A stretch of DNA of 64,000 nt from positions 235-64,234 of the forward strand of contig DVLX01000026.1 in NCBI GenBank assembly GCA_018715265.1, given 5' to 3'. The notes under the pieces were generated by a model. That model did not search any database. It saw only the letters and a program-made list of their open reading frames with translations, and was not told the origin of the DNA. Shown piece after piece: positions 17,082-25,998 of this stretch. The first letter of the stretch is position 1; each line of letters starts with the position of its first letter. This DNA comes from Candidatus Allocopromorpha excrementavium (GTDB lineage: Bacteria > Bacillota > Clostridia > Peptostreptococcales > Anaerovoracaceae). The translations under genes and the position numbers were made by a program.

Positions 17082-17657
17082 TCAGGCATTTCTTCCCATT
17101 TCAAAGGCTTTCTTATTGAGTTCCACGAATTTAGGCTTAACCTTTTCTTCTATGACTTTTATCCATGCGTCTTCATCAAAAGGAAGATCCTTCGATGCCG
17201 CACCCAAAAGCACCACATTCACCGCTTTTACGCTTCCGCATTCCTCCGCTATGGAAAGAGCATCTATAGCTTTCACAGCGCCGGCATCGTTTTGCAACGT
17301 TTCCATGATGTTATCAGGATACTTCGCCTGTCCCATTATTACCGGCATAGGCAGTATCTGCTGAGTATTGACGTATATGGTACCGCCTTTTTTCAGGTAA
17401 GGCAGCCATCTGTACGCCTCCAGCTCTTCAAATGCTATGATGACATCGGCATCGCCTTTCTCTATCAGCGGAGAATCCACTGTTTCTTCGCTGAGCTTTA
17501 CGTGAGTCACGACGCTTCCTCCTCGCTGAGCCATACCGTGTACTTCAGAAAGTTTTACATCATATCCGTTCATGAGACCGAGATTGCCCAAAAGCACGCT
17601 TGCGAGCAGAGTTCCCTGTCCTCCGACTCCCACTATCAGTATATTGCTCTTATTCAC
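17082..17657 (-). CDS. iorB: Indolepyruvate:ferredoxin oxidoreductase, beta subunit
   Basis: ILIVGVGGQGTLLAS ... VHGMAQRGGSV motifs, ~190 aa, immediately after iorA. Confidence 0.85.
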   Translation of the reverse strand: MNKSNILIVGVGGQGTLLASVLLGNLGLMNGYDVKLSEVHGMAQRGGSVVTHVKLSEETVDSPLIEKGDADVIIAFEELEAYRWLPYLKKGGTIYVNTQQILPMPVIMGQAKYPDNIMETLQNDAGAVKAIDALSIAEECGSVKAVNVVLLGAASKDLPFDEDAWIKVIEEKVKPKFVELNKKAFEMGRNA

Positions 17658-17658
17658 G

Positions 17659-19431
17659 CTATTCAGCCTCCTTTCCGTCTTTTGCTGCTTTCAACGCTTC
17701 TATAGCATCGAAAGGACATACTCTTGCACAGAGATCACATCCTACGCAGCTTTCCTTTACGATATACGGCCTTCCGTCTCTCTCTTCTATTGCAGGACAT
17801 CCTATTTTCATGCACATCTTGCAGTTCTTGCATCTGTCCGTAACTTCGTATGGAATATCCGGCTGCTTGACTATGAGGGCGCAAGGTCTCTTGGTTATGA
17901 TAACGGAAAGCTCATCTCTTGCTGTTTCAGTTTTTATCACTTCTTCCAGTTCTTTTATATCGAAGGGATCGATCTCTACGATGTTCTTAACGCCTATAGC
18001 TCTGCACAGCGCCGCTATATCGACTGCCGGAGCTTCTTCTCCCTTGGCATTTTTCCCTGTGGAAGGATTGTCCTGGTGTCCCGTCATTCCGGTTATCCTG
18101 TTGTCGAGAACGATGACGGTTCCTTTAGAGCCGTTGTAGTTCATGTTGATCAGCCCTGTTATACCGGAGTGGAAGAAGGTCGAGTCTCCCAGCACGGCCA
18201 CGAGATTGTCGCTGCTTTCTGCGGCTTTTTCAAATCCGTGCGCCATGGTGATGGAGGCGCCCATACACAGACATGCGTCCATTGACGATGTCGGCGGCAG
18301 CGCTCCGAGAGTGTAACACCCTATATCTCCCATAACTGTAGTTTTCAGTTTGCTCAGCACGTGGAAAAGTCCTCTGTGAGGACATCCTGCACACAGAAGG
18401 GGCGGTCTTCCCGGAGCATCTTCTATATCCACAGTTTCTGCCACCGGTTTGCCAAAGGCCTTTCTTATCATGTTAGCGCTGTATTCTCCCTGTATTGTGA
18501 ACATATCCTTGCCTCCGGCAAGTTCCACGCCCATAGCTCTTATCTGTTCTTCAAAATAAGGATTGCCTTCTTCTATAACATAAAGCTTATCTACCTTGGC
18601 CGCAAAATCCTTTATCATGTCCTTAGGTATAGGATTTATCATTCCCATCTTGAGGATGCTCGCCTCAGGAAGCGCTTCTCTCACGTACTGATAGCATATA
18701 CCGCTGGTTATTATGCCTATGGAGGCATCTCTCATTTCTACTCTGTTTAGAGCTGTGCCGTCTGCCTGGCTCAAAACCATTTTGCCGGCGTCGCGGGCGA
18801 TCTCGTCCATTCTCTTTTCCTGCGCTACGTGGAGCTTTTTCGCCATCGCAGGCATCGCTACGTACTTCTGTATATTTTTAGTATAAGGAATCCTTTCCCT
18901 TTCTTTTCTTTCATCGATCTCTACGATACCTCTCGAATGGGATATTCTCGTATTGGATCTTATCACCACGACCGTATCATATTTTTCACTTATTTCGTAA
19001 GCTTCTTTTATGTAGTCCTTACATTCCTGAGCATTTGCAGGCTCGAGCATCGGAACTCCTGCGCTTCTTCCGTAATATCGCGAATCCTGTTCGTTCTGGC
19101 TGGAGTGACATCCATTATCATCAGCAACCAGTATAACAGCTCCTGCTGTAACTCCTGTATATGCCGCAGTAAAGAACGGATCCGCCGCTACGTTTAATCC
19201 TACGTGCTTCATACACGAAAGGGAACGAACGCCTCCGATGGAAGCTCCTACTGCCACTTCTACTCCAACTTTTTCATTTGGAGCCCATTCAACATGCATT
19301 TCATCATATCGGGCCGCCGTCTCCGTCACTTCCGTGCTGGGAGTTCCGGGATACGAAGATACGACTTTTACGCCTGCTTCGTAAACGCCTCTTGCAAAGG
19401 CTTCGTTGCCAAGCATAATTTTCTTTTCCAT
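17659..19431 (-). CDS. iorA: Indolepyruvate:ferredoxin oxidoreductase, alpha subunit (TPP and 2x[4Fe-4S])
   Basis: LGNEAFARGVYEAGVKVVSSYPGTPS, GDSTFFHSG and C-terminal CxxCxxC...CP ferredoxin motifs; 590 aa. Confidence 0.9.
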   Translation of the reverse strand: MEKKIMLGNEAFARGVYEAGVKVVSSYPGTPSTEVTETAARYDEMHVEWAPNEKVGVEVAVGASIGGVRSLSCMKHVGLNVAADPFFTAAYTGVTAGAVILVADDNGCHSSQNEQDSRYYGRSAGVPMLEPANAQECKDYIKEAYEISEKYDTVVVIRSNTRISHSRGIVEIDERKERERIPYTKNIQKYVAMPAMAKKLHVAQEKRMDEIARDAGKMVLSQADGTALNRVEMRDASIGIITSGICYQYVREALPEASILKMGMINPIPKDMIKDFAAKVDKLYVIEEGNPYFEEQIRAMGVELAGGKDMFTIQGEYSANMIRKAFGKPVAETVDIEDAPGRPPLLCAGCPHRGLFHVLSKLKTTVMGDIGCYTLGALPPTSSMDACLCMGASITMAHGFEKAAESSDNLVAVLGDSTFFHSGITGLINMNYNGSKGTVIVLDNRITGMTGHQDNPSTGKNAKGEEAPAVDIAALCRAIGVKNIVEIDPFDIKELEEVIKTETARDELSVIITKRPCALIVKQPDIPYEVTDRCKNCKMCMKIGCPAIEERDGRPYIVKESCVGCDLCARVCPFDAIEALKAAKDGKEAE

Positions 19432-19775
19432 TACCTCATTATCTACCTTTCTTGCTTTAAGTATATATTATAAATTTTATTACACGCATACATATTAACT
19501 ATACCATAAAATCGATGGATTTTACATAGCTGTCATGAATTATTCGATGATTTTAAATGCCAATATTTAAGCGCGACGATGACAGCATATCGCCGGTGGC
19601 GAGGCGGAGTCAGTGATAACCGCAAAGCACGGATCCAGTATGCCGATGCAGGAAGCACACAGGCCGAAACAAGCGATCAGTTATCCGGAAATTGCATGAG
19701 TTGGGCCGCCATCTGGAAAACTGCCCGATCTAATAAAATAAACTACGATTTTTACTGTCACTATTTCCCATATAA

Positions 19776-19823
19776 TAAAAAACTGCCGCTTTAATCAGTT
19801 TTACAGACCGATTTTGCGGCAGT
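19776..19823 (-). terminator. Candidate terminator after the oxidoreductase beta subunit gene
   Basis: 8-bp stem ACTGCCGC / GCGGCAGT with a long loop, followed on the minus strand by TTTTTT. Confidence 0.45.
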
Positions 19824-19837
19824 GCTCTTTTGAATGA

Positions 19838-20767
19838 TTATCTGCATCTTGAGAGCAGCTTTTCCCACTGCTCGTCAACGTATTTTTGCGTTTCCTCTAT
19901 CATCCATTCGTTTCCTTTTTTAAACATATGTGCAAATCGTCCCTGCTTTTTCAAGAACTCCTCGACAGGCAGTTTTTTCTTAGGCTCATATGTCAAGTGC
20001 CATACTCCTTCTACTATTTCATACATAGGCCATACACAAGTATCTACCGCAAGTCTGCATATCTCAGCCATGTCCTCCGTCTCGTATCTCCAGCCTCTCG
20101 GACACGGCGCCAGAACATTCAGGAAACATGGTCCCTGCGTATATATGGCTTTATAGGATTTTTCATGGAGATCCTTAAAATTGCCGATAAACGTAGTCTG
20201 TGCAGCGTAAGGTATATTGTGAGCGGCTATTATTTCCGTAAGGTTTTTCTTGTTCTGTATTTTCCCCGGTATGCACTCTCCCGCAGGCGATGTGGTCGCA
20301 TCAGCAAATCTCGGAGTCGAGGAGGACCGCTGTATTCCCGTATTCATGTACGCTTCGTTGTCATAGCACACATAAACCATATCGTGTCCCCTTTCCATAG
20401 CACCGGAAAGAGACTGCAGTCCTATATCGTAGGTGCCTCCGTCTCCGCCGAAGGCAATGAACTTAAATGTATCTTTGATCTTGCCTTTTTTCTTGAGCAC
20501 ATTGTACGCCGCTTCCACTCCCGATGTTGTCGCCGCGCCGTTGGCGAACGCCGTATGTATATAACTATCATAGTAAGCTGTATGCGGATATATGAACGTG
20601 GAAACTTCCAGGCATCCTGTAGCGTTTGTTATCACAGCTTTATCCTCGGGTTTCAGCGCTCTCAGCACGCCTCTTACAGCGATGCCTGCACCGCATCCGG
20701 CACATAGCCTGTGGCCTCCCGCCAGGCGTTCAGGTTTTTCCACTTCTTTTTTCAAACTGTATGCCAT
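19838..20767 (-). CDS. 2-oxoacid:ferredoxin oxidoreductase, beta (TPP-binding) subunit
   Basis: CAGCG near the N-terminus and the GGDGGTYDIG TPP motif. AGGAG lies 8 nt upstream of the ATG. POR versus VOR substrate specificity cannot be told by eye. Confidence 0.85.
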   Translation of the reverse strand: MAYSLKKEVEKPERLAGGHRLCAGCGAGIAVRGVLRALKPEDKAVITNATGCLEVSTFIYPHTAYYDSYIHTAFANGAATTSGVEAAYNVLKKKGKIKDTFKFIAFGGDGGTYDIGLQSLSGAMERGHDMVYVCYDNEAYMNTGIQRSSSTPRFADATTSPAGECIPGKIQNKKNLTEIIAAHNIPYAAQTTFIGNFKDLHEKSYKAIYTQGPCFLNVLAPCPRGWRYETEDMAEICRLAVDTCVWPMYEIVEGVWHLTYEPKKKLPVEEFLKKQGRFAHMFKKGNEWMIEETQKYVDEQWEKLLSRCR

Positions 20768-20879
20768 ATCTGTATCTCCTTTATTATGTGAAGCCCTGTC
20801 TGTTCTGCGTGATCCTGCGCACTACAGCGCACAAACGGCAATGCACAAACAGCAGCGCAGCACATACTCTGTTCGTATA

Positions 20880-22097
20880 CTACTCTTCCCGCTTGTGATC
20901 GAAACCGCCTTCATCGTAGCGCGAGTCTCTTACACCTATGTATCTGTAGACGTCTCCCGGATCATCGGTCTCATTTATTATGAAAAGATCTTTGTATATC
21001 TCATAATAATCCTCTACCGTGATATCTCTGCCTCCGAGTCCGTATATGTAGTTTATCGCATACGGCTTGTTTGGCAGATCGTAGAGGGAGTTTCTCGCCT
21101 CGTTGAACAGCGGGCCGCCGCTGTTGGAGAAGCTTTCAGCCTTGTCCATGATGGCCACAGCTTTTACTTTGCACATAGCTTCCGCAAGAGGCACTCTCGG
21201 AAACGGTCTGAACACTCTGAGCTTTATGAGACCGACTTTCTTTCCCTCGGCTCTGAGTCTGTCCACGGCTTCCTTGCCGGTCCCTGCACTGGAGCCTATG
21301 ACCACAAGGGCAACCTCGGCATCGTCCATCATATATTCTTCGAAAAATCCGTATTTTCTTCCCGTCAGTTTTTCATATCTCTTTGCAACGTCCATTATTA
21401 TAGGCATCGCATCCTTCATGGCCTGCGCCTGCTGTCTCTTGGCTTCCATGTAATACGGGGATATTCCGTAAGGTCCCACCGCAAGAGGATTATCGGACTT
21501 CAAAAGATAATTCTCAGGCTTGTATTCTCCTACGAACTCTTTAACCTCCTCATCTTCAAGAAGCTCTATGTTCGAAACTCCGTGGCTTGTGATGAAGCCG
21601 TCCTGACATATCATTATAGGCAGCCTTATAGTCTCGGATATAGGCATAGCCTGTATGTAATTATCGTAAACTTCCTGATTGGTCTCAGCGTATATCTGTA
21701 TCCAGCCGGAATCTCTGGCGCCCATGGAATCGGAATGGTCGTTGTTAATGTTTATCGGCCCGGTCAGAGCCCTGTTGACTACCGCCATCGTGATAGGAAG
21801 TCTGGCTGACGCCGCCACATAAAGCAGCTCCCACATGTATGCAAGTCCTGCCGATGAGGTGGCCGTTACAGCTCTTGCGCCTGCCGCCGATGCGCCTATG
21901 CAAACCGACATAGCGCTGTGCTCCGACTCCACCGCTACGAACTGAGTGTCCACGAGCCCGTCAGCTATATAGCTTGAATAATACTGAGGGATCTCGGTAG
22001 AAGGAGTGATCGGAAAAGCTCCCATGACATCCGGGTTTATCTGTCTCATGGCTATTGCCACCGCTTCATTGCCTGACATTCTGTCTCTCTTTGCCAT
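20880..22097 (-). CDS. 2-oxoacid:ferredoxin oxidoreductase, alpha subunit
   Basis: MSGNEAVAIAMRQINPDVMGAFPITPSTEI ... ESEHSAMS, typical of PorA/VorA. Confidence 0.85.
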   Translation of the reverse strand: MAKRDRMSGNEAVAIAMRQINPDVMGAFPITPSTEIPQYYSSYIADGLVDTQFVAVESEHSAMSVCIGASAAGARAVTATSSAGLAYMWELLYVAASARLPITMAVVNRALTGPININNDHSDSMGARDSGWIQIYAETNQEVYDNYIQAMPISETIRLPIMICQDGFITSHGVSNIELLEDEEVKEFVGEYKPENYLLKSDNPLAVGPYGISPYYMEAKRQQAQAMKDAMPIIMDVAKRYEKLTGRKYGFFEEYMMDDAEVALVVIGSSAGTGKEAVDRLRAEGKKVGLIKLRVFRPFPRVPLAEAMCKVKAVAIMDKAESFSNSGGPLFNEARNSLYDLPNKPYAINYIYGLGGRDITVEDYYEIYKDLFIINETDDPGDVYRYIGVRDSRYDEGGFDHKREE

Positions 22098-22403
22098 CTA
22101 CTTATCCTCCTTAACAAAATCTATCGCTCCGAAAGGACATACTTTCACGCAGATCCCGCATCCTTTACAGTGCTTGAAATCAAAATCAAGACGCTTTCCG
22201 TCCCTTACAGGTATCGAACTGTCCGGGCAGAAAGGAACGCACAGCATGCAGTGCGTACATTTATCCTCCCTGAACACAGGCACCATGACACGCCAGTCGC
22301 CTGTCTCCACAAGCATCGATGTGGCAGGCTCATATATCTCCGCTCCGGTCGTTATCTCCTGCCATGTTATCTTTTCATTTATATCCTTTGCTTTCGTCTT
22401 CAT
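22098..22403 (-). CDS. 2-oxoacid:ferredoxin oxidoreductase, delta subunit (2x[4Fe-4S] ferredoxin)
   Basis: CTHCMLCVPFCP and CKGCGICVKVCP motifs; 101 aa. Confidence 0.8.
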   Translation of the reverse strand: MKTKAKDINEKITWQEITTGAEIYEPATSMLVETGDWRVMVPVFREDKCTHCMLCVPFCPDSSIPVRDGKRLDFDFKHCKGCGICVKVCPFGAIDFVKEDK

Positions 22404-22993
22404 TATCCTACCTTTACTTCTTCCATGGATTTAACGAGCGCCTTCATATTTCCTTCTATCAGATTTTCCTTATGTCTGAATTTATGTTCAAAGGATTCGC
22501 GCATATCGTTTATGAATTTCTCCTCATCTATGACGTGGCTGACTTTAACGACAGCGCCCAGCATAGGAGTGTTGGGGAAATTTCTTCCAATAGTATCCAT
22601 AGAAATCTTTTCAGCGTCTATCGTACATATCCTGCCGCCGTAGCCTCCAACTTCCTCACGCACTTCCTCAGGATCTTTCCTGCTGTTTATTATAAGGGCG
22701 CCGCTCTCCTTAAGTCCTTTAGTCACATCCACTGATTTGAGCAGTGTTTCATCGACTACAACCACATAATCCGGCGTATATATATTAGAATGAACTTTGC
22801 AGTGTTCATCGGTTATTCTGTTATAAGCAGTAATCGGCGCTCCCATCCTCTCAGGACCGTATTCCGGAAATCCCTGCACGTGTTTTCCCGAACTGAAAGC
22901 TACATCAGCCAAAAGCAGACATGCCGTTTTCGCTCCCTGTCCGCCTCTGCCGTGCCATCTTATCTCTACCGCTTCATTGAGTCTCTTGGCCAT
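22403..22993 (-). CDS. 2-oxoacid:ferredoxin oxidoreductase, gamma subunit
   Basis: IRWHGRGGQGAKTA motif, ~195 aa, first gene of the gamma-delta-alpha-beta order. Confidence 0.85.
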   Translation of the reverse strand: MAKRLNEAVEIRWHGRGGQGAKTACLLLADVAFSSGKHVQGFPEYGPERMGAPITAYNRITDEHCKVHSNIYTPDYVVVVDETLLKSVDVTKGLKESGALIINSRKDPEEVREEVGGYGGRICTIDAEKISMDTIGRNFPNTPMLGAVVKVSHVIDEEKFINDMRESFEHKFRHKENLIEGNMKALVKSMEEVKVG

Positions 22994-23215
22994 TATGATA
23001 CTTCCTTCCTAAATAGTCTCAATTGCCTTGATGCCTCATCTGCCGCGCAAATTGCCCTTCGGCTTTATGTAAACCTTGTGTTTTTTTGCACAAAAACAGC
23101 ACTGCATCTCAGCCACCTTGTATAGACTACCTTAGCGCCGGCGGTATGTCAATAGATTTTCAGAAATTTTTTATGTATTTCACACAAATTTTTTATTTAT
23201 TATTTGGTTTAATAA

Positions 23216-23707
23216 CTAAACAATATTTGCCAGCTCGGCTCCTGTTATATTCGCCAGATCCTTTACAGCCAGCTCCATCTGCAGTCCCACTTTGCCGCCG
23301 CTCACTATTATAGTCTCATGCTCTTGCGCGCTCTTGTCTATGACCGACGGAAAATCTTTCTTCATGCCTACGGGAGAACATCCTCCCTTTATATATCCCG
23401 TTACCGCTGTAAGCTCTCTCAGCGGCAGCATGTCTATTTTCTTTTCCCCGAAATGCTTTGCAGCTTTCTTAAGGTCCAGCTCTTCCGCTACCGGTATCAT
23501 ACACACATAATGCTCTCCACTGTTTCCAACCGTCACAAGAGTTTTGAAGACCTGCTTCGGATCCTGCCCTAAAGATTCTGCCACCGATACTCCGTCAAGA
23601 AAGCCATCGGGAGCATCGTATTCATACATTTTATACGGTATTTTCGCAGCCTCCACCTTTCTGACAGCATTAGTCTTATGAGAGTGTTTCTCTTTTTTCT
23701 TAGCCAC
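23216..23707 (-). CDS. ybaK: Cys-tRNA(Pro)/Cys-tRNA(Cys) deacylase, YbaK/EbsC family
   Basis: KTNAVRKVEAAKIPYKMYEY ... VFKTLV ... TGYIKGGCSPVGMKK is the YbaK signature. Confidence 0.8.
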   Translation of the reverse strand: MAKKKEKHSHKTNAVRKVEAAKIPYKMYEYDAPDGFLDGVSVAESLGQDPKQVFKTLVTVGNSGEHYVCMIPVAEELDLKKAAKHFGEKKIDMLPLRELTAVTGYIKGGCSPVGMKKDFPSVIDKSAQEHETIIVSGGKVGLQMELAVKDLANITGAELANIV

Positions 23708-23738
23708 TCAGACTCACCTCTTTTTCTATCGCTCCGAT

Positions 23739-24299
23739 TTATTTTCCTCTGTTTTTTTCGTATTCATCTCTGAACATGGAATAACATCTTATATCGCGTA
23801 TTGACCCATCGTAGACTTTATACGCTTTTCTCAGCGTCCCCTCATATGAAAAGCCGCATTTTTCTATGACTCTGCGGCTTGCAGTATTTTCTTCTCCCGT
23901 AGTTATGGATATGATATACAAACGCATATACTCAAACCCGTAATCCAGGACCTCTAAAGCCGCTTCCGTCATGATCCCTCTTCCCCAGAATTCTTCCGAC
24001 AAGGAATATCCCATTTCCATGCTGTGCACTCCCGGCCTGAACTTGTCTTCCTGAAAACCAACGCTTCCTATGACAGCTCCGCTTTCTTTCCAAACTATAG
24101 CCCATACAGTGTTCTGAAGGAAAACTTCTCCTATTATCTTTCTTGATTCTGCTTCGCTTTCATGCGGCTTCCATCCCGCCCTCGGTCCTACGGCGGGATT
24201 TTTCGCATAGCTGTACAGATCCTTCGCATCGCTCTTTTTCCATGTCCTTAGGATCAACCTCTTTGTTTCCAGCTGAGGCACTTTAATTTTCCTTATCAT
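23739..24299 (-). CDS. GNAT-family N-acetyltransferase (RimJ/RimL-like)
   Basis: LETKRLILRTW ... EFWGRGIMTEA ... NTASRRVIEKCGF motifs. Start taken at the internal ATG (MIRKIK). Confidence 0.75.
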   Translation of the reverse strand: MIRKIKVPQLETKRLILRTWKKSDAKDLYSYAKNPAVGPRAGWKPHESEAESRKIIGEVFLQNTVWAIVWKESGAVIGSVGFQEDKFRPGVHSMEMGYSLSEEFWGRGIMTEAALEVLDYGFEYMRLYIISITTGEENTASRRVIEKCGFSYEGTLRKAYKVYDGSIRDIRCYSMFRDEYEKNRGK

Positions 24300-24389
24300 G
24301 ATACGCATCCCCCTTCGCAATTTATTCTATAATACAATATTCACGCAAAACAAATCAATATCATATGATTACTTATGGAGGTGTTGAAT

Positions 24390-25205
24390 ATGTATAAAGG
24401 TATAGATGTCAGCGTATGGCAGGGCGACATCGATTTTTCAAAAGTAAAGGAACACGGCATAGAAGCCGTTTATATAAGAGCCGGCGAAGGCGACAATATA
24501 ACTGACAAGTACTTTGAATCCAACTATCAGAAAGCCCGCAGCGCAGGGCTGAAATACGGATTTTATCACTACGTTACCGCCCGCAGCACAGTTCAGGCAA
24601 AAGAGCAGGCAAATTTCTTCGCGAATCTGATCCACACGAAGCCGCAGGATATGAGAGCGGCCATGGATTTTGAAAATCTGTCAGGTCTTTCGGCAGATGA
24701 AGCCGTTTCCATCGCAAAAGCTTATCTGGAAACTCTTCAGAAAAGAATCGGCCACACACCTGTGGTTTATTCCAATGCTTACGATGCTTCTTCGGTATGG
24801 AAAGGTCATCTCACGGCTTATCCGCTTTGGGTGGCGGAATACGGCAGAAGCGAGCCTTACAGCACAGGAGGCTGGAAAAGCTGGGCAGGTTTTCAGTACA
24901 GTGATAAAGGCACCGTCAGCGGTATATCAGGCCATGTGGATCTCGACGATTACAAAGACGAAATATTCCTGACGGAAGGTGAAAAGAGTTCAGGAAGGAC
25001 CATAAGGCACACCTACAATGCTGCCAACGACGGCTGCAAGGAAAGCTCCGGCGGATATATCACCTATGTGGTAAAGCGGGGAGACACCCTTTCCGCCATA
25101 GCCAGAAAATACGATACGACTGTAGAAGATCTGGTCCGTATCAACAATATAAAAGATCCCGATCATATCTACGTCGGGCAGCAGCTTAGGATACCGAAAA
25201 AATAA
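24390..25205 (+). CDS. GH25 muramidase (lysozyme) with a C-terminal LysM domain
   Basis: GIDVSVWQGDIDF...GFYHY are GH25 motifs. C-terminal LysM: YVVKRGDTLSAIARKYDTTVEDLVRINNI. GGAGG lies 8 nt upstream of the ATG at 24390. Confidence 0.8.
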   Translation: MYKGIDVSVWQGDIDFSKVKEHGIEAVYIRAGEGDNITDKYFESNYQKARSAGLKYGFYHYVTARSTVQAKEQANFFANLIHTKPQDMRAAMDFENLSGLSADEAVSIAKAYLETLQKRIGHTPVVYSNAYDASSVWKGHLTAYPLWVAEYGRSEPYSTGGWKSWAGFQYSDKGTVSGISGHVDLDDYKDEIFLTEGEKSSGRTIRHTYNAANDGCKESSGGYITYVVKRGDTLSAIARKYDTTVEDLVRINNIKDPDHIYVGQQLRIPKK

Positions 25206-25227
25206 GAGCAGGCGGTATTCCTATGAT

Positions 25228-25268
25228 AAAAAACGCAGGCGATCTTAAACCGCCTGCGTTCTGTTTAT
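25228..25268. terminator. Bidirectional intrinsic terminator
   Basis: 10-bp perfect stem AACGCAGGCG / CGCCTGCGTT, with A-run and T-run flanks, between convergent genes. Confidence 0.6.
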
Positions 25269-25303
25269 ATTAAAAAACTCCTGTAATATTTTTGCCCGGC
25301 ATA

Positions 25304-25957
25304 TCAGAAGGTATGGGTTCCGTATGCAAAGTGATTGTGGTGAGCCATGTCTTTGAGCAAAGTTTCATCTCCGGACGCTTTCGCCTCTTCCATGGCTTTC
25401 TTGAGGATCGCCGAAGTCTGCACCATCTTTCTTCCCAGGTTGTAAGCCACTTCCTTGCCTTTTTCCTTGTCGCGGGTCTTGCCGTAGGTAGCTACCCAGC
25501 CCACATCTGAGAATCCGTGCATATTGCAGAAGCCCTGTATGGTGTGGAGGGCGCTGTTGGCTCCGACGCTGCCGCAGGTTATGACACTTGCCGAAGTCTT
25601 TCCTGCGCCCATAGGTATCAGTCCGAGAGAACGGTCCATAACCGCTTTGCACTGCGCAGAAACATCGCAGAAAAATACAGGCGATGCAAATATAACTCCA
25701 TCAGCTTCCTTTATCTTATCGTATATTTTCGATATAAAATCTTCTCCGAGCACGCATTTTCCGGTCTTCACGCAGGCCCAGCATCCTCTGCACAGCTTGA
25801 ATTCCCCTTCAGGAGCGTCCGCCGCATTGATTATCTCAGTTTCAACATCTTTTCCTTCCACCGACTTGCAGCCTTCAAGTACCGCATTCATGAGATGATA
25901 AGTATTCCTTCCATCCCTCGGGCTCAGATTAAGCCCAAGTATTTTTATCTTTTCCAT
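25304..25957 (-). CDS. Flavodoxin-fold NADPH-dependent FMN reductase / iron-sulfur flavoprotein-like protein
   Basis: ILGLNLSPR N-terminus, a Cys cluster (CRGCWACVKTGKC) and VIFASPVFF. Confidence 0.6.
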   Translation of the reverse strand: MEKIKILGLNLSPRDGRNTYHLMNAVLEGCKSVEGKDVETEIINAADAPEGEFKLCRGCWACVKTGKCVLGEDFISKIYDKIKEADGVIFASPVFFCDVSAQCKAVMDRSLGLIPMGAGKTSASVITCGSVGANSALHTIQGFCNMHGFSDVGWVATYGKTRDKEKGKEVAYNLGRKMVQTSAILKKAMEEAKASGDETLLKDMAHHNHFAYGTHTF

Positions 25958-25998
25958 TTCCGTTCCTCATTTCCTGTATTTTAAGAGCTTTTTCTTAT

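Noticed and set aside
16531-18285. Long plus-strand ORFs (277, 223, 237 and 179 aa) across paaK/iorB/iorA.
   Set aside because: They are antisense to well-supported genes, and I saw no motifs or ribosome-binding sites.
19579-19794. 71-aa plus-strand ORF in the ior upstream intergenic region.
   Set aside because: It has no RBS and odd composition, and it runs through a terminator hairpin. The region is reported instead as a possible RNA or remnant.
20768-20879. 112-nt GC-rich spacer between the alpha and beta oxidoreductase subunit genes; considered as a REP-like element or internal regulatory hairpin.
   Set aside because: It contains only short direct repeats (GCGCAC) and 3-4 bp stems, with no convincing structure. 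The beta subunit gene has its own AGGAG RBS.
20592-21809. 405-aa plus-strand ORF antisense to the oxidoreductase alpha and beta subunit genes.
   Set aside because: The minus-strand genes have unmistakable PorA/PorB motifs. The antisense translation has no motifs or RBS.
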